Assembly (NCBI GenBank): GCA_040752415.1
Contig: JBFMGU010000091.1
Span: 1 to 37,404, forward strand
DNA from: Myxococcota bacterium
GTDB lineage: Bacteria > Myxococcota > JACRCW01
Direction: 5' to 3'
Length of the DNA: 37,404 nt
Shown here: positions 18,118 to 27,100 of the stretch, piece by piece
Numbering within the stretch: position 1 is the first letter of the stretch
Layout of the letters: each line of letters opens with the position of its first letter
Notes under the pieces: generated by a model
What the model was told of the DNA's origin: nothing
Databases searched by the model: none
The model's input: only the letters and a program-made list of their open reading frames with translations
Translations under genes and position numbers: made by a program

Positions 18118-19287
18118 TCAGCGTTCCGGGCAACCGTCCTCGTCCTGCACGCCGTCATGGTCCTCGGGGTCGACGGGGCACGGGTCGGTGAGGTCGGGTT
18201 TTCCGTCGGCGTCCATGTCCTTCACCGGGCAGCCGTCCTGCAGCGCGGAGCCCACTTGCGTGGGACACGCGTCCCGGGAATCCATGACACCGTCCCCGTC
18301 GTTGTCGGGGTCCGGGCACCCGTCGACATCCTGGAATCCATCCACGTCCTCGGGGAGGCGCGGGCACGCGTCGACATGGTCCTCCCGTCCGTCTGCGTCG
18401 CTGTCCGTGCGCACAATCTCCGCGACGGGCGCAGCCTCCGGGCGCGGTGGCGCCACCTTCACGTGGTGCGTGTGTGCGGTCGCGGGTTGCGCGCTCGCCA
18501 AGGCGGAGCCCAGCAGGATGGCGCTCAAGGCCTGTCCCGCCGCCAGCAACGCCATTCCCAGCAACGTGGCCACGGCCGGGACGAACACCAGCGAGAGCAG
18601 CGCGCTGTACGCCGTGACGTTCCAGAAGGTGGCATTGGCCTCGACGCCGCCGCCCGGCACCACGCGGAAGTTCATGGCCCGCGCGAAGAACGCGGCGCCG
18701 GTGAGCAGGAGCGCCACTCCGCCCACCACCGCTTGTGAAACCACCGTCACGAACAGCGCGCCGAGAGTTGGCGTGACGCCGTGGGTTACCAGGCGTCGCG
18801 TGGGCAATCGCCGTTCCGCCAGCGCCACCACGTTGAAGCTGAGCAGCGTGCCCACCAGGGACACCAGCACCTGCATCACGCCGTGGAAGAGCAGGATGGC
18901 GGGAGATGCGGCGTAGAGGGCACCCAGGGCCACGCCGCCCGCGCCCAGCGCACCCAGCACCACGGTGATGCTCTCGCTCAGCACGCTCGCGGCGCCCGTT
19001 GCTCCGGCCACGCCGAGCAGCGCGGCAAACGCGCCGGTGGTGAGTCCCAGGTGCAGCACGTCCAGCGCTCCGAACACCAGCGTCATGCCCGCGCAGGAGC
19101 CCAGGGCCATGAGCGCGCCCAGCCCGTCCGCCTCCACCTCTCCGTCGAGGTCGCGGGCACGGGGCACGGTGGGCTCGTCGGAGTACGCGTGCAGCTCACG
19201 GGTGCCATCCTGGGCCACCGGTTGCGCCACGACGGGGAAGTCCAGCAACAACGCCACGACAACCGTGAGGCTTCGCACGGCGAGCAT
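18118..19287 (-). CDS. Multi-pass membrane protein with C-terminal TSP3-like Ca-binding repeats
   Basis: A signal-like N-terminus and several long hydrophobic segments, followed by DxDxDG..D..DxCP..PED.DG..D.DGCP repeats ending at the stop. Confidence 0.7.
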   Translation of the reverse strand: MLAVRSLTVVVALLLDFPVVAQPVAQDGTRELHAYSDEPTVPRARDLDGEVEADGLGALMALGSCAGMTLVFGALDVLHLGLTTGAFAALLGVAGATGAASVLSESITVVLGALGAGGVALGALYAASPAILLFHGVMQVLVSLVGTLLSFNVVALAERRLPTRRLVTHGVTPTLGALFVTVVSQAVVGGVALLLTGAAFFARAMNFRVVPGGGVEANATFWNVTAYSALLSLVFVPAVATLLGMALLAAGQALSAILLGSALASAQPATAHTHHVKVAPPRPEAAPVAEIVRTDSDADGREDHVDACPRLPEDVDGFQDVDGCPDPDNDGDGVMDSRDACPTQVGSALQDGCPVKDMDADGKPDLTDPCPVDPEDHDGVQDEDGCPER

Positions 19288-19589
19288 GAGAGCACCTCGC
19301 TTTGAGTTAGCGTGCTTAGCCTCCCGCGTCCTTCATCCCGCCCCGCGCCTCAGCGGCTGTCTGGACAACCCAGCCGAACCTGGGCGCGGCCTTGGGTCAC
19401 CGCATCACCATGCTCGAGCTCTTCGGCGAGCCTGGGCGGCCATGGATGCAGCCCCGGTGCTGGGACCGCTTGCATCCGCGACGCAGAACGCTAATTCATC
19501 GGTGGGCTCTTTCCTCTCTGGTGCGAGGTAACAGAGCCCAGAGCGGCGTCCCGGGCGAAAGCCTGAGGCGCCGCTTGCGCTATGTGGGG

Positions 19590-21566
19590 CTAAGCGCTCA
19601 TGAGGAAGATCACCGGGCGCACGTCCTCCTCCGGCGTGGACGCCCAGTACTGCACCAGGATCTCGTACACGAGCACGCCCGTCTCGCCCTCGCCCCAGAG
19701 CAGGTACTTGAAGGCCTGGCTCATGGGGTTCTGCCCGGTGAGGCCCAGGAACAGGCTCTTGGGGTCCAGCTGCTCGCTGACGTAGGCAATGGTGTTGGCA
19801 ATGGCCACGGCGCCGGCCACCTCGATGAGATAGCTCTCGTCATTGAGCTGCTGGACCCTCACGCGGCACGGCGCGGTGAACTCGCTGCGGTCGTCGCCCA
19901 AGGTGACGTGCAGGAACGCCACCGGCCCCTCAATGCGGTAGTGCTGCTGGATCTCCTTGAGCTTGCTGCGCCGGCCCGCGCGCTCCTGGTGCTCAATGGG
20001 GACCAGGTGCACCTGCTTGTTGTTCAGCCGGGACCAGAGCCGCTCGCTCTCCTCGTCTGCAAAGAGGAGCTCCTCCACGCGCAGCTCGGTGGCGCGCCAC
20101 CAGCGTGACAGACCGCTGAGGGTCAACACCGCGAAGATGAAGCACGCGCTGATGATGACACCGTCGGGGCGCTCCACCACGTTGTCCACCAGCGTGAAGG
20201 CGAACACGCCGGTGACGGCCCAGAAGTACAGGCTCTTCAGGCGCAAGCGGAATCCGTCCGCCGCCTCCCGCGCGTCGCGGCCGAGCGCCAGCGCCACCGC
20301 CAATGCCGCGGAGAGCATCAGCACCAGCACGCCGGTGGCATAGGCGCCGCCCTGCGCGTCCACGTCGGCGTTGAAGACCCAGGTGACCAGGAACGCAATG
20401 CCCACCAGCACCAGGATGAGGGGACGGGTGAGCAGCACCCAGCGCGGCGCCATGCCGTAGCGGGGCAGGTAGCGCGGGATGATGTTGAGCAGGCCCGCCA
20501 TGGCGGACGCGCCGGCGAACCACAGGATGGCAATGGTGACGAAGTCGTAGAGGGTGCCGAAGGCGTGACCGAGCAGCTCATGCGCCAGGTACGCCAACGC
20601 GCGACCATTGGCGCTCCCGCCCTTCTCGAACTGCGCCGCGGGAATCAGCACCGTGGTCACCAGCGACGAGGAAATGAGCAGCGCGCTCATCATGAACGCC
20701 GCGGTGCTGAGCAGCTTGCGCGTGGACGCAATGCGCTCCTCCTTCTGCCCCTGGATGAGCGGCATGACGGAGACACCGGTCTCGAACCCGGACATGCCCA
20801 GCGCCAGCTTGGGGAACGCCAGCGCGGAGGCCAGCACCAGTGCCGTGGTGTCCATGCGCAGCGTGTCGGTGTTGAGCCACGCCTGCAGCGCATTGGGGTG
20901 CGTGCTGACCTCGTAGAGCGCGCGCAGGATCACCACCACGTTGAGCGCGATGTAGGGCGCGCCCACCGCCATGGCCATCCCGATGGCCTCGGTGAAGCCC
21001 ATCAGGAACACCACGCCCAGCAGACCCAGCAGGGTCAGCGTGATGCCCATGCGGTGCTCGCCCAGCAGGCCGTGCAGCAGCGGGTTCTCGGCGGCGTGCG
21101 CGGCGGCGTCGGCGGCGGAGAGCGTCATGGTGATGACAAAGTCCGTGGCCGCGAATCCCAGCAGCGCCAGCACCAGCAGCTTGCCCCACCACCCGGGAAG
21201 CAGGTGCTCCAGCATGGCAATGGAGCCCTGTCCCGACGACGAGCGGGCCGCCACCTGCCGATACGTGGGCAGCGCGCCCAGCAAGGTCACCAGCACCAGC
21301 AACGTGGTGGCCAGCGGAGACAGCGCGCCGCAGGCCAGGAACGCAATGCCGGGCTGGTATCCCAGCGTCGAGAAGTAGTCGACGCCGGTGAGCCACAGGA
21401 CGCGCGTCCACGAGTGGGTCTGGTGCGGGTGGTGCGCGCCCGTCTCCGCGAGCAGGAAGCGCAGCAGCGGGTTGCGGGGCGGCTCCGGCGGCGGGGGCGG
21501 CGCCCGTCGTGGCGGGATGCTGGGGACCTTCTTGACGGCTGTGGCCTGGCTCAGGGTTGCCTCCAC
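19590..21566 (-). CDS. APC-superfamily amino acid/cation transporter with C-terminal cytosolic domain
   Basis: TM1 motif [19 protein letters not shown]6 motif [20 protein letters not shown] and many TM helices. The start is uncertain (GTG 21566 chosen; the ORF is open to 21605). Confidence 0.85.
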   Translation of the reverse strand: MEATLSQATAVKKVPSIPPRRAPPPPPEPPRNPLLRFLLAETGAHHPHQTHSWTRVLWLTGVDYFSTLGYQPGIAFLACGALSPLATTLLVLVTLLGALPTYRQVAARSSSGQGSIAMLEHLLPGWWGKLLVLALLGFAATDFVITMTLSAADAAAHAAENPLLHGLLGEHRMGITLTLLGLLGVVFLMGFTEAIGMAMAVGAPYIALNVVVILRALYEVSTHPNALQAWLNTDTLRMDTTALVLASALAFPKLALGMSGFETGVSVMPLIQGQKEERIASTRKLLSTAAFMMSALLISSSLVTTVLIPAAQFEKGGSANGRALAYLAHELLGHAFGTLYDFVTIAILWFAGASAMAGLLNIIPRYLPRYGMAPRWVLLTRPLILVLVGIAFLVTWVFNADVDAQGGAYATGVLVLMLSAALAVALALGRDAREAADGFRLRLKSLYFWAVTGVFAFTLVDNVVERPDGVIISACFIFAVLTLSGLSRWWRATELRVEELLFADEESERLWSRLNNKQVHLVPIEHQERAGRRSKLKEIQQHYRIEGPVAFLHVTLGDDRSEFTAPCRVRVQQLNDESYLIEVAGAVAIANTIAYVSEQLDPKSLFLGLTGQNPMSQAFKYLLWGEGETGVLVYEILVQYWASTPEEDVRPVIFLMSA

Positions 21567-21623
21567 TTCCCCGCCTCGGGGACAGCCTGCATTACCTCGC
21601 CCCACCGACGTGGGCGCAAGCCG

Positions 21624-22445
21624 TCATCCGCCCCAGAACCGACGGGTGGGCCGCTCCTGCCCCTCCGCGGTGAGCAGCGCATAGGCCTTCGCTCCGCTTC
21701 CACCCGCACGCGCGAACAAGGCTTCAGCGCGGGCGTGGTCCTCGGGCGTGTTGATCTCGAAGGGCGCCGGCGTGGTGAGCGGCACGCAGCGGATGCGGAT
21801 GCCCAGCCACAAAGCGCGCAGCTGCTCCAGCATCTCCGCCTTCTCCAGCGGACACGGCGGGGTGGCGGCCAGCGTGAGCAGCGTCCTCCGACGGTACGCG
21901 TACACGCCGATGTGGCTGGCGAACTCCGCCTGGTCCGCCGCGTCCGCGTCGCGCACGAACGGGATGGCCGCGCGGGAGAAGTACAACGCGTTGCGGTCGC
22001 GGTCGGCCACCACCTTCACGGTGTGCGGCACGTGGAGATCGTCGACGGGGAGCGGGCTCACCAGCGTGGCCATCTCCACGCGCCCGTCGGTGAACACGTC
22101 AATGAGACCCTCCAGTGCGGCGCCCGGCAACAGCGGCTGGTCGCCCTGGAAGTTCACCACCACGTCGTCATCCTTGAGGGCCCCGTCGTCACGAGCCACC
22201 GCGGCCACGCGGTCGGTGCCGCTGGGGAGCGCGCTGTCGGTCATGGCCACCTCCACGCCGCACCCGCGCGCCGCCTCGGCAATCTCGGTGCTGTCGGTGG
22301 CCACCACAATGCGCGCCGCACGTTGACACTCCCGCGCGCGCTCCGCCACGTGGGCCACCAGCGGCTTGCCGGCAATGGGGAGCAGCGGCTTGCGGGGCAG
22401 GCGCGTGGATCCCAGTCGGGACGGGATGCAGATCAGGACGGCCAT
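21624..22445 (-). CDS. kdsB: 3-deoxy-manno-octulosonate cytidylyltransferase (CMP-KDO synthetase)
   Basis: IPSRLGSTRLPRKPL, VVATD, SGTDR, VNFQGDQP, ALYFSRAAIP, HIGVYAY and LEKAEMLEQLRAL. Homology begins at ATG 22445. Confidence 0.95.
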   Translation of the reverse strand: MAVLICIPSRLGSTRLPRKPLLPIAGKPLVAHVAERARECQRAARIVVATDSTEIAEAARGCGVEVAMTDSALPSGTDRVAAVARDDGALKDDDVVVNFQGDQPLLPGAALEGLIDVFTDGRVEMATLVSPLPVDDLHVPHTVKVVADRDRNALYFSRAAIPFVRDADAADQAEFASHIGVYAYRRRTLLTLAATPPCPLEKAEMLEQLRALWLGIRIRCVPLTTPAPFEINTPEDHARAEALFARAGGSGAKAYALLTAEGQERPTRRFWGG

Positions 22446-22782
22446 CGGGAGAGCACCTTTGCCGGTCCGTTTCGCTGGCGCACAGCGGGCTGCTGCACCG
22501 CGGCCGGCAACCCCGTCTCCTACTGGTGCCCCCCACAGGTCAAGCGCACACCGGCCTTGCAGGGCCCCGGCGAGTAGAGTTGGGTTGAACGAGCACGCCG
22601 CCTCTCGCCTGGAATCCGAGGCATCCACGTGCTGGGTGGGATAGGATGGGACATGGCGCACGCGGGTTGATTTCGGCGGCTTTCACCCGGGTTCGCGCGA
22701 TCAGCGAAGGCGAAGTCCGAATGCTGCGGTGCGGTATCCCACCGCGACTCCGCGCGAGGTCGGCGCCGAAGATGCTTTACCC

Positions 22783-22813
22783 TTGACTTAGACGTAAGCA
22801 GAGGGCGTAGTCT
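22783..22813 (+). promoter_or_regulatory. Possible promoter for the toxin locus
   Basis: TTGACT (22783-22788) and TAGTCT (22808-22813) with a long 19-nt spacer; the -10 lies inside a GGGCGT...ACGCCC inverted repeat. Confidence 0.3.
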
Positions 22814-22897
22814 AACGCCCCGCAACAATTCGTTCACGGAGCGCGCTTGGCGCGGCGTCCGTTTTGCGCTGGTGCAAGCGTCCTGTGGAGGGGTCTG

Positions 22898-24175
22898 ATG
22901 CGCATCCCATGGCGGGTCAGCGTTTGCTCGGTGGTCATCACCTCCGCTTGCCTTCATGCATGCTCCAGTGCCCCTTCCGGTTCCAAGTCGGCGCAACCGC
23001 CCGCCGGCCTCGCGCGCGCGCTGCTCGCCTCCGTAACCTGGACGGACGGTACGCCCGCGAATGAGCTCAACGACCGTGACACCAGGACCGGCGCAACCAT
23101 CAGCCAGGGAGCCGTCCTCAACATCGAGTTGCCCCATTCCCGCGACGTGCGGGTGGTGAAAGTCCACGCCACCGGAAACGCGGTCGCTCGGGTGGTGTTG
23201 CAAGACAGTCAGGGAGGCGTTGTCGAGGAGCTGGAGCCCGCGCCGCTGGGGGAGGGAGCGTGGTCGCGGGTAGGACTGGTGGAGCGAGAGAACCGGACCG
23301 CGAGCTTGCGGCTGGAGTTGGACCCCGGAAGCGCGGGCGCGACGGTTACCGAGGTGGATGTCTTCGTCGTTGGAACGCCGGTGACTTGGATCAACCAGGA
23401 GCGGTTGCCCGGCGCGATTCAAGAAGGCGACCCCACCGCTCTGGTGGTCCGCGCCGACCCCGACCATGCCGAGCTGGTACCCGGGGGAAGCGGTGACCAG
23501 GACGACGCCCCCGCCACTTGCGCAACACTCAACTTCACGGTGCCGGTGAATCCGCGCTCACTTCAGCGCGTCGTCCTGACCTACGAAGCGCGCGGCCTTG
23601 CGGGTCCGTTCTCGCTGGTTCGGTCCATCAACGGGCTCGGTCGAGCGGGAGGCCTGGTTCTGCCTGCCACGAGCGACACGTTGCCCTATTCCGAGCGCAT
23701 TCCCCCGGAGCTGCTCGTGGCCGGGGCCAACGCTCTGGAGCTGTGCGGACCGCCGGTGGGGACGTACCGCGTGCGGATCCAGTCGGCGCGGATCGTGCTG
23801 GAGGGCGAGCGCTCGCCGGTCGCGGAGCCTGGCGAGGACTCTGCGGGCGACCCGCTCGGCGATGGGGACGAAATGACCGGGCAGGCGCTCGACGGAGGTG
23901 GCTCGGTACTCACCTATCTGCTGACCAGGCCGACGAGCCTCGACGGTGTGCTCGTTCGCCATGATGGTGTCCTGGACGTGGAGCGGATCCGGTTGTCGCT
24001 GGATGGCGTCAAGGCCGCGGTGGTGCACCGGTTGCCGCTGGCGGGCGGTGATGCGCTGATTCTCAGTCCGCACATCGCGCAGCGTACGGTGCAGCTGGAC
24101 TTTGGCGCGCAGGGTGGGCGCGTTTCCGACGTCTTTGTTCTGGGCAGCGGCCTCTCGACCCCCACTCCCCCTTGA
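22898..24175 (+). CDS. Putative exported/lipoprotein with two discoidin-like modules; probably the N-terminal part of the downstream RHS protein
   Basis: GGAGGGG RBS before ATG 22898; signal MRIPWRVSVCSVVITSACLHA-C (atypical lipobox). Two LxD[RG]DxxTG-started beta-rich modules. Ends in a C-run that overlaps the next ORF. Confidence 0.7.
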   Translation: MRIPWRVSVCSVVITSACLHACSSAPSGSKSAQPPAGLARALLASVTWTDGTPANELNDRDTRTGATISQGAVLNIELPHSRDVRVVKVHATGNAVARVVLQDSQGGVVEELEPAPLGEGAWSRVGLVERENRTASLRLELDPGSAGATVTEVDVFVVGTPVTWINQERLPGAIQEGDPTALVVRADPDHAELVPGGSGDQDDAPATCATLNFTVPVNPRSLQRVVLTYEARGLAGPFSLVRSINGLGRAGGLVLPATSDTLPYSERIPPELLVAGANALELCGPPVGTYRVRIQSARIVLEGERSPVAEPGEDSAGDPLGDGDEMTGQALDGGGSVLTYLLTRPTSLDGVLVRHDGVLDVERIRLSLDGVKAAVVHRLPLAGGDALILSPHIAQRTVQLDFGAQGGRVSDVFVLGSGLSTPTPP

Positions 24176-27100
24176 TCCTCGACCATCCCCGCCAAGGAAG
24201 GCACTTCGCAGGCCAGGCTCCGCTCAGCGGGTTTGTTGAAGGACTGCCATCCGGGAGTGAGCCGACCATCGTCAGCGTCAGTGGCGAGCACATCGGCTCC
24301 TCCTACGAGCAAGTTACGCAGAACGGTGTGTTTGCCCTGGTGGTGTCCCGTCAATCGGAAGGTACCGGGCCTTGGTGGGTTGATGTGACGGCCTATGTGG
24401 CGGATGGAGCGCCGCTCACCCGCCGAGTCCACCTGCGGACCGACTATGTCGAGGATCGTGGTGGACGGAATGGCCGAAGCACCTCCGGTCTCGACCCCGA
24501 AATCGAACGTGCGCTGTTCGGCCTGGAAGGAGACGAGGCCACCGGGACGATCACTCGCGAGCACGGCGGGGAGATCAAACTGGGCGAGCGCGTCAAGCTG
24601 ACGGCGCCCGGCAACGCGGTCCGCACGGATCAGGAGCTCAAGGTTCGACGTCCGTCGAGCGTGGGGTTGGCGCGGCTCAACCCCGGCATGATCAACGTCA
24701 CCGCGCCACGTGGCGGGGGTTACCAGTTCCTTCCCCACGGCGCGCGATTCGAAACCCCCATCACCATCAGCATTCCCTACGACCCCACGCTCATCCCCCG
24801 CGGCATGGGCCCGTCCGATGTGCGGACCTACTACTACGACGAGCAGGGCGCGGAGTACCTCCCGCTGGAGCGGGTGATGGTGGATCCGAATGAGTACTTG
24901 GTCGTGTCGCTGACTGATCACTTCACGGACATGATCAACGCGGTGATCGTGAAGCCGGAAGGCCCTTCTCCGCAGTCATTCAACTCCAACGCGATTTCGG
25001 GCGCCGCGACAGCCGACCCGCTGGCCGGGATGACGCTGGTGGCGCCGCCCCGGGCCCGTTCGGACGGCACCGCCGTTGTGGACTACCCCTTCGTCCTTCC
25101 GGCTGGCCGCGGGAACTACCAGCCTACGCTGGGATTGACGTACAGCAGCGAGGCCAAGCATGGCATCGCGGGCGAAGGGTGGAGTCTGACGCTGTCGTCC
25201 ATTGAGATTGATACCCGCTTTGGCTCGCCGCGATATGAAACAGAACCGCTCGACCTTGACACGAACGTCGTCGGCGAGCGCTACCTGTGGAGCGGGCAGG
25301 CGCTGGTTCCGGTTGCTGAGCCCGCCTTCCTGACTTCGGTGAAGATGTGCTCGAAGGGAGGAGCGGCAACCAGCCAGGTGTTCCGGCTGCGCAAGGAGGG
25401 GCCCTTCGCGCTCATTGTGCGGTGCGGTGCGGATCACACCAGTTACTACTGGGAAGTGACCCACAAGGACGGTACCCGCTTCACCTACGGAAGCCGGCTG
25501 GACAGCCGCGTGCTCGACCCTGCACGCGCGAATGATCCCAATGGCAGTGGCGGCGCGGTCATCAACGCCGACGGCGGCGTCTCCTTTCCAGACGGACGCA
25601 TCACCTGGCCAGCGGAGGGCGTGGCCTGTCCGGCAGACGGTCGGAACATCGGCAAGTGGCTGTTGGAGGAGGTCGCGGACACCCACGGCAACGTCACGGA
25701 CTACTCGTACTCCGTCGAGGAAGCGAATGCCTGGGATTCGTACGATGGTACCCACGTCCCATGCTGCGTGGGCGAGTCGTGTCCGCCACAGGGCACCGCG
25801 TATTACGTCTCCCGGCGTTTGCGCTCAATTCAGTACACGCGCGCAGTCGGCGTCGCACCGGTGTACTCCGTGGACCTGGAGTACCAGCGACGTGACGGGC
25901 AGGGAGTGGCGGATGTTGACGTCAGTGGGCGGCTCGGCTTCAAGGTTGTGGAGGACCGGAGGCTCAGCGCCGTCAAGGTGCGCTGTCTCGTCCCGGAGTG
26001 TGGCCAGGAACCAGTTCGCGAATATGGCTTCGAGTACGATCCGCCGCGGGAGGCCAACGGGTATCGCACGCTGCTGACCGCGATCCGGTCCTGTCCCGAC
26101 GTCGGGTGCACCGCGGATGCCGAAGCCGCCGGGTTGGTCCACACGACGCGGTTTGGTTACACGCCCTTTGAGCGTCGCCTTGGTCCGGCTGAGACGGAGG
26201 AGGAGGGTGCAGAGCTTTGGCGCCTGCCCGACTTCGACACGATGCCACTTTCTGGGGGCGTCAACGCGGGGTTCACGGAGATCCTCGGTGGCGGCGTGTA
26301 TCTGGCCGGAGCTGGCAACGTGGTGAATTCGAATGCTCACACTGGAGCCGGTGCAACGCTGAGCATGTTCACCGACATCAACGGTGACGGCCTTCCCGAT
26401 CACGTGGTCAAGACCTCGCCGGACACATGGTTCAGTGGCATGACCCTGATTGCGTACAACACTGGCCGCCCCGACGGTGACGGGCGCCCCGCGTTCACGC
26501 CGGTCGCGCCCCCCAACGACCCAACGCTGATGCGCGTGGTGAACGTGCCCTTGCCCTTGGGCATCGACGTTAGCCAATCCTTTTCCCTCTCGGATGTCAC
26601 CACCGTGGGCCTGCCTGGTTCGGCCGCCACGGCCAGCGTCCGCGGCGGGGGGAGTGCCACGCTCTCGGCATCCGTGGCTTTCCCCATCGACGTCGATGGG
26701 GATGGCCTCCTCGATTTCGTGCACGGCCCGGTGACCCACCTTCAGCGGCGTGTGTTGCCTTCGCCAGTTACGCCGGAGGAGATCATCCGGTTCGAGCCGG
26801 AGAACATCCCCTTCAGCACCGGCACGTGCTCACGAAGCGCCACGGTCCCCAGTGATGTGTCGACGGACATCCCGCGCTTGGAGCTGCCAAGAAACGTGAA
26901 AGGCCTGATGGACGCAGTTCAGACGCGGAATCCCACATACCGCTGGGTGGCGCCGCAGGATGGCACCGTTCAGATCGACGTCGACGCGTTCACGTTCACG
27001 GCATGCGACCCATCGGTGCCGGATGACGAGAAGCCGCAACTCGAGGTGGTGATCCTCACGGGGCCGGTGCGTCCGCCGACGCCGGATCCCCAACAACCCA

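Noticed and set aside
17925..18158. 78-aa N-terminal extension of CphA in the ORF track
   Set aside because: It overlaps the upstream gene and is not CphA-like; family similarity starts at MRILGIKTL (17924).
19542..19575. Intrinsic terminator or c-di-GMP riboswitch after the APC gene
   Set aside because: There is no U-tract on either strand, the stem is weaker on the transcribed strand, and the riboswitch consensus is not met.
20565..22577. 670-aa + strand ORF
   Set aside because: It is the antisense shadow of the APC transporter and kdsB.
22446..22661. 72-aa N-terminal extension of KdsB
   Set aside because: KdsB similarity starts at MAVLICIP (22445); the extension looks like translated intergenic DNA.
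22801..22813. ops/JUMPstart-like antitermination element before the long toxin operon
   Set aside because: GGGCGTAG lacks a base of the GGCGGTAG core and no NusG/RfaH paralogue is in the window.
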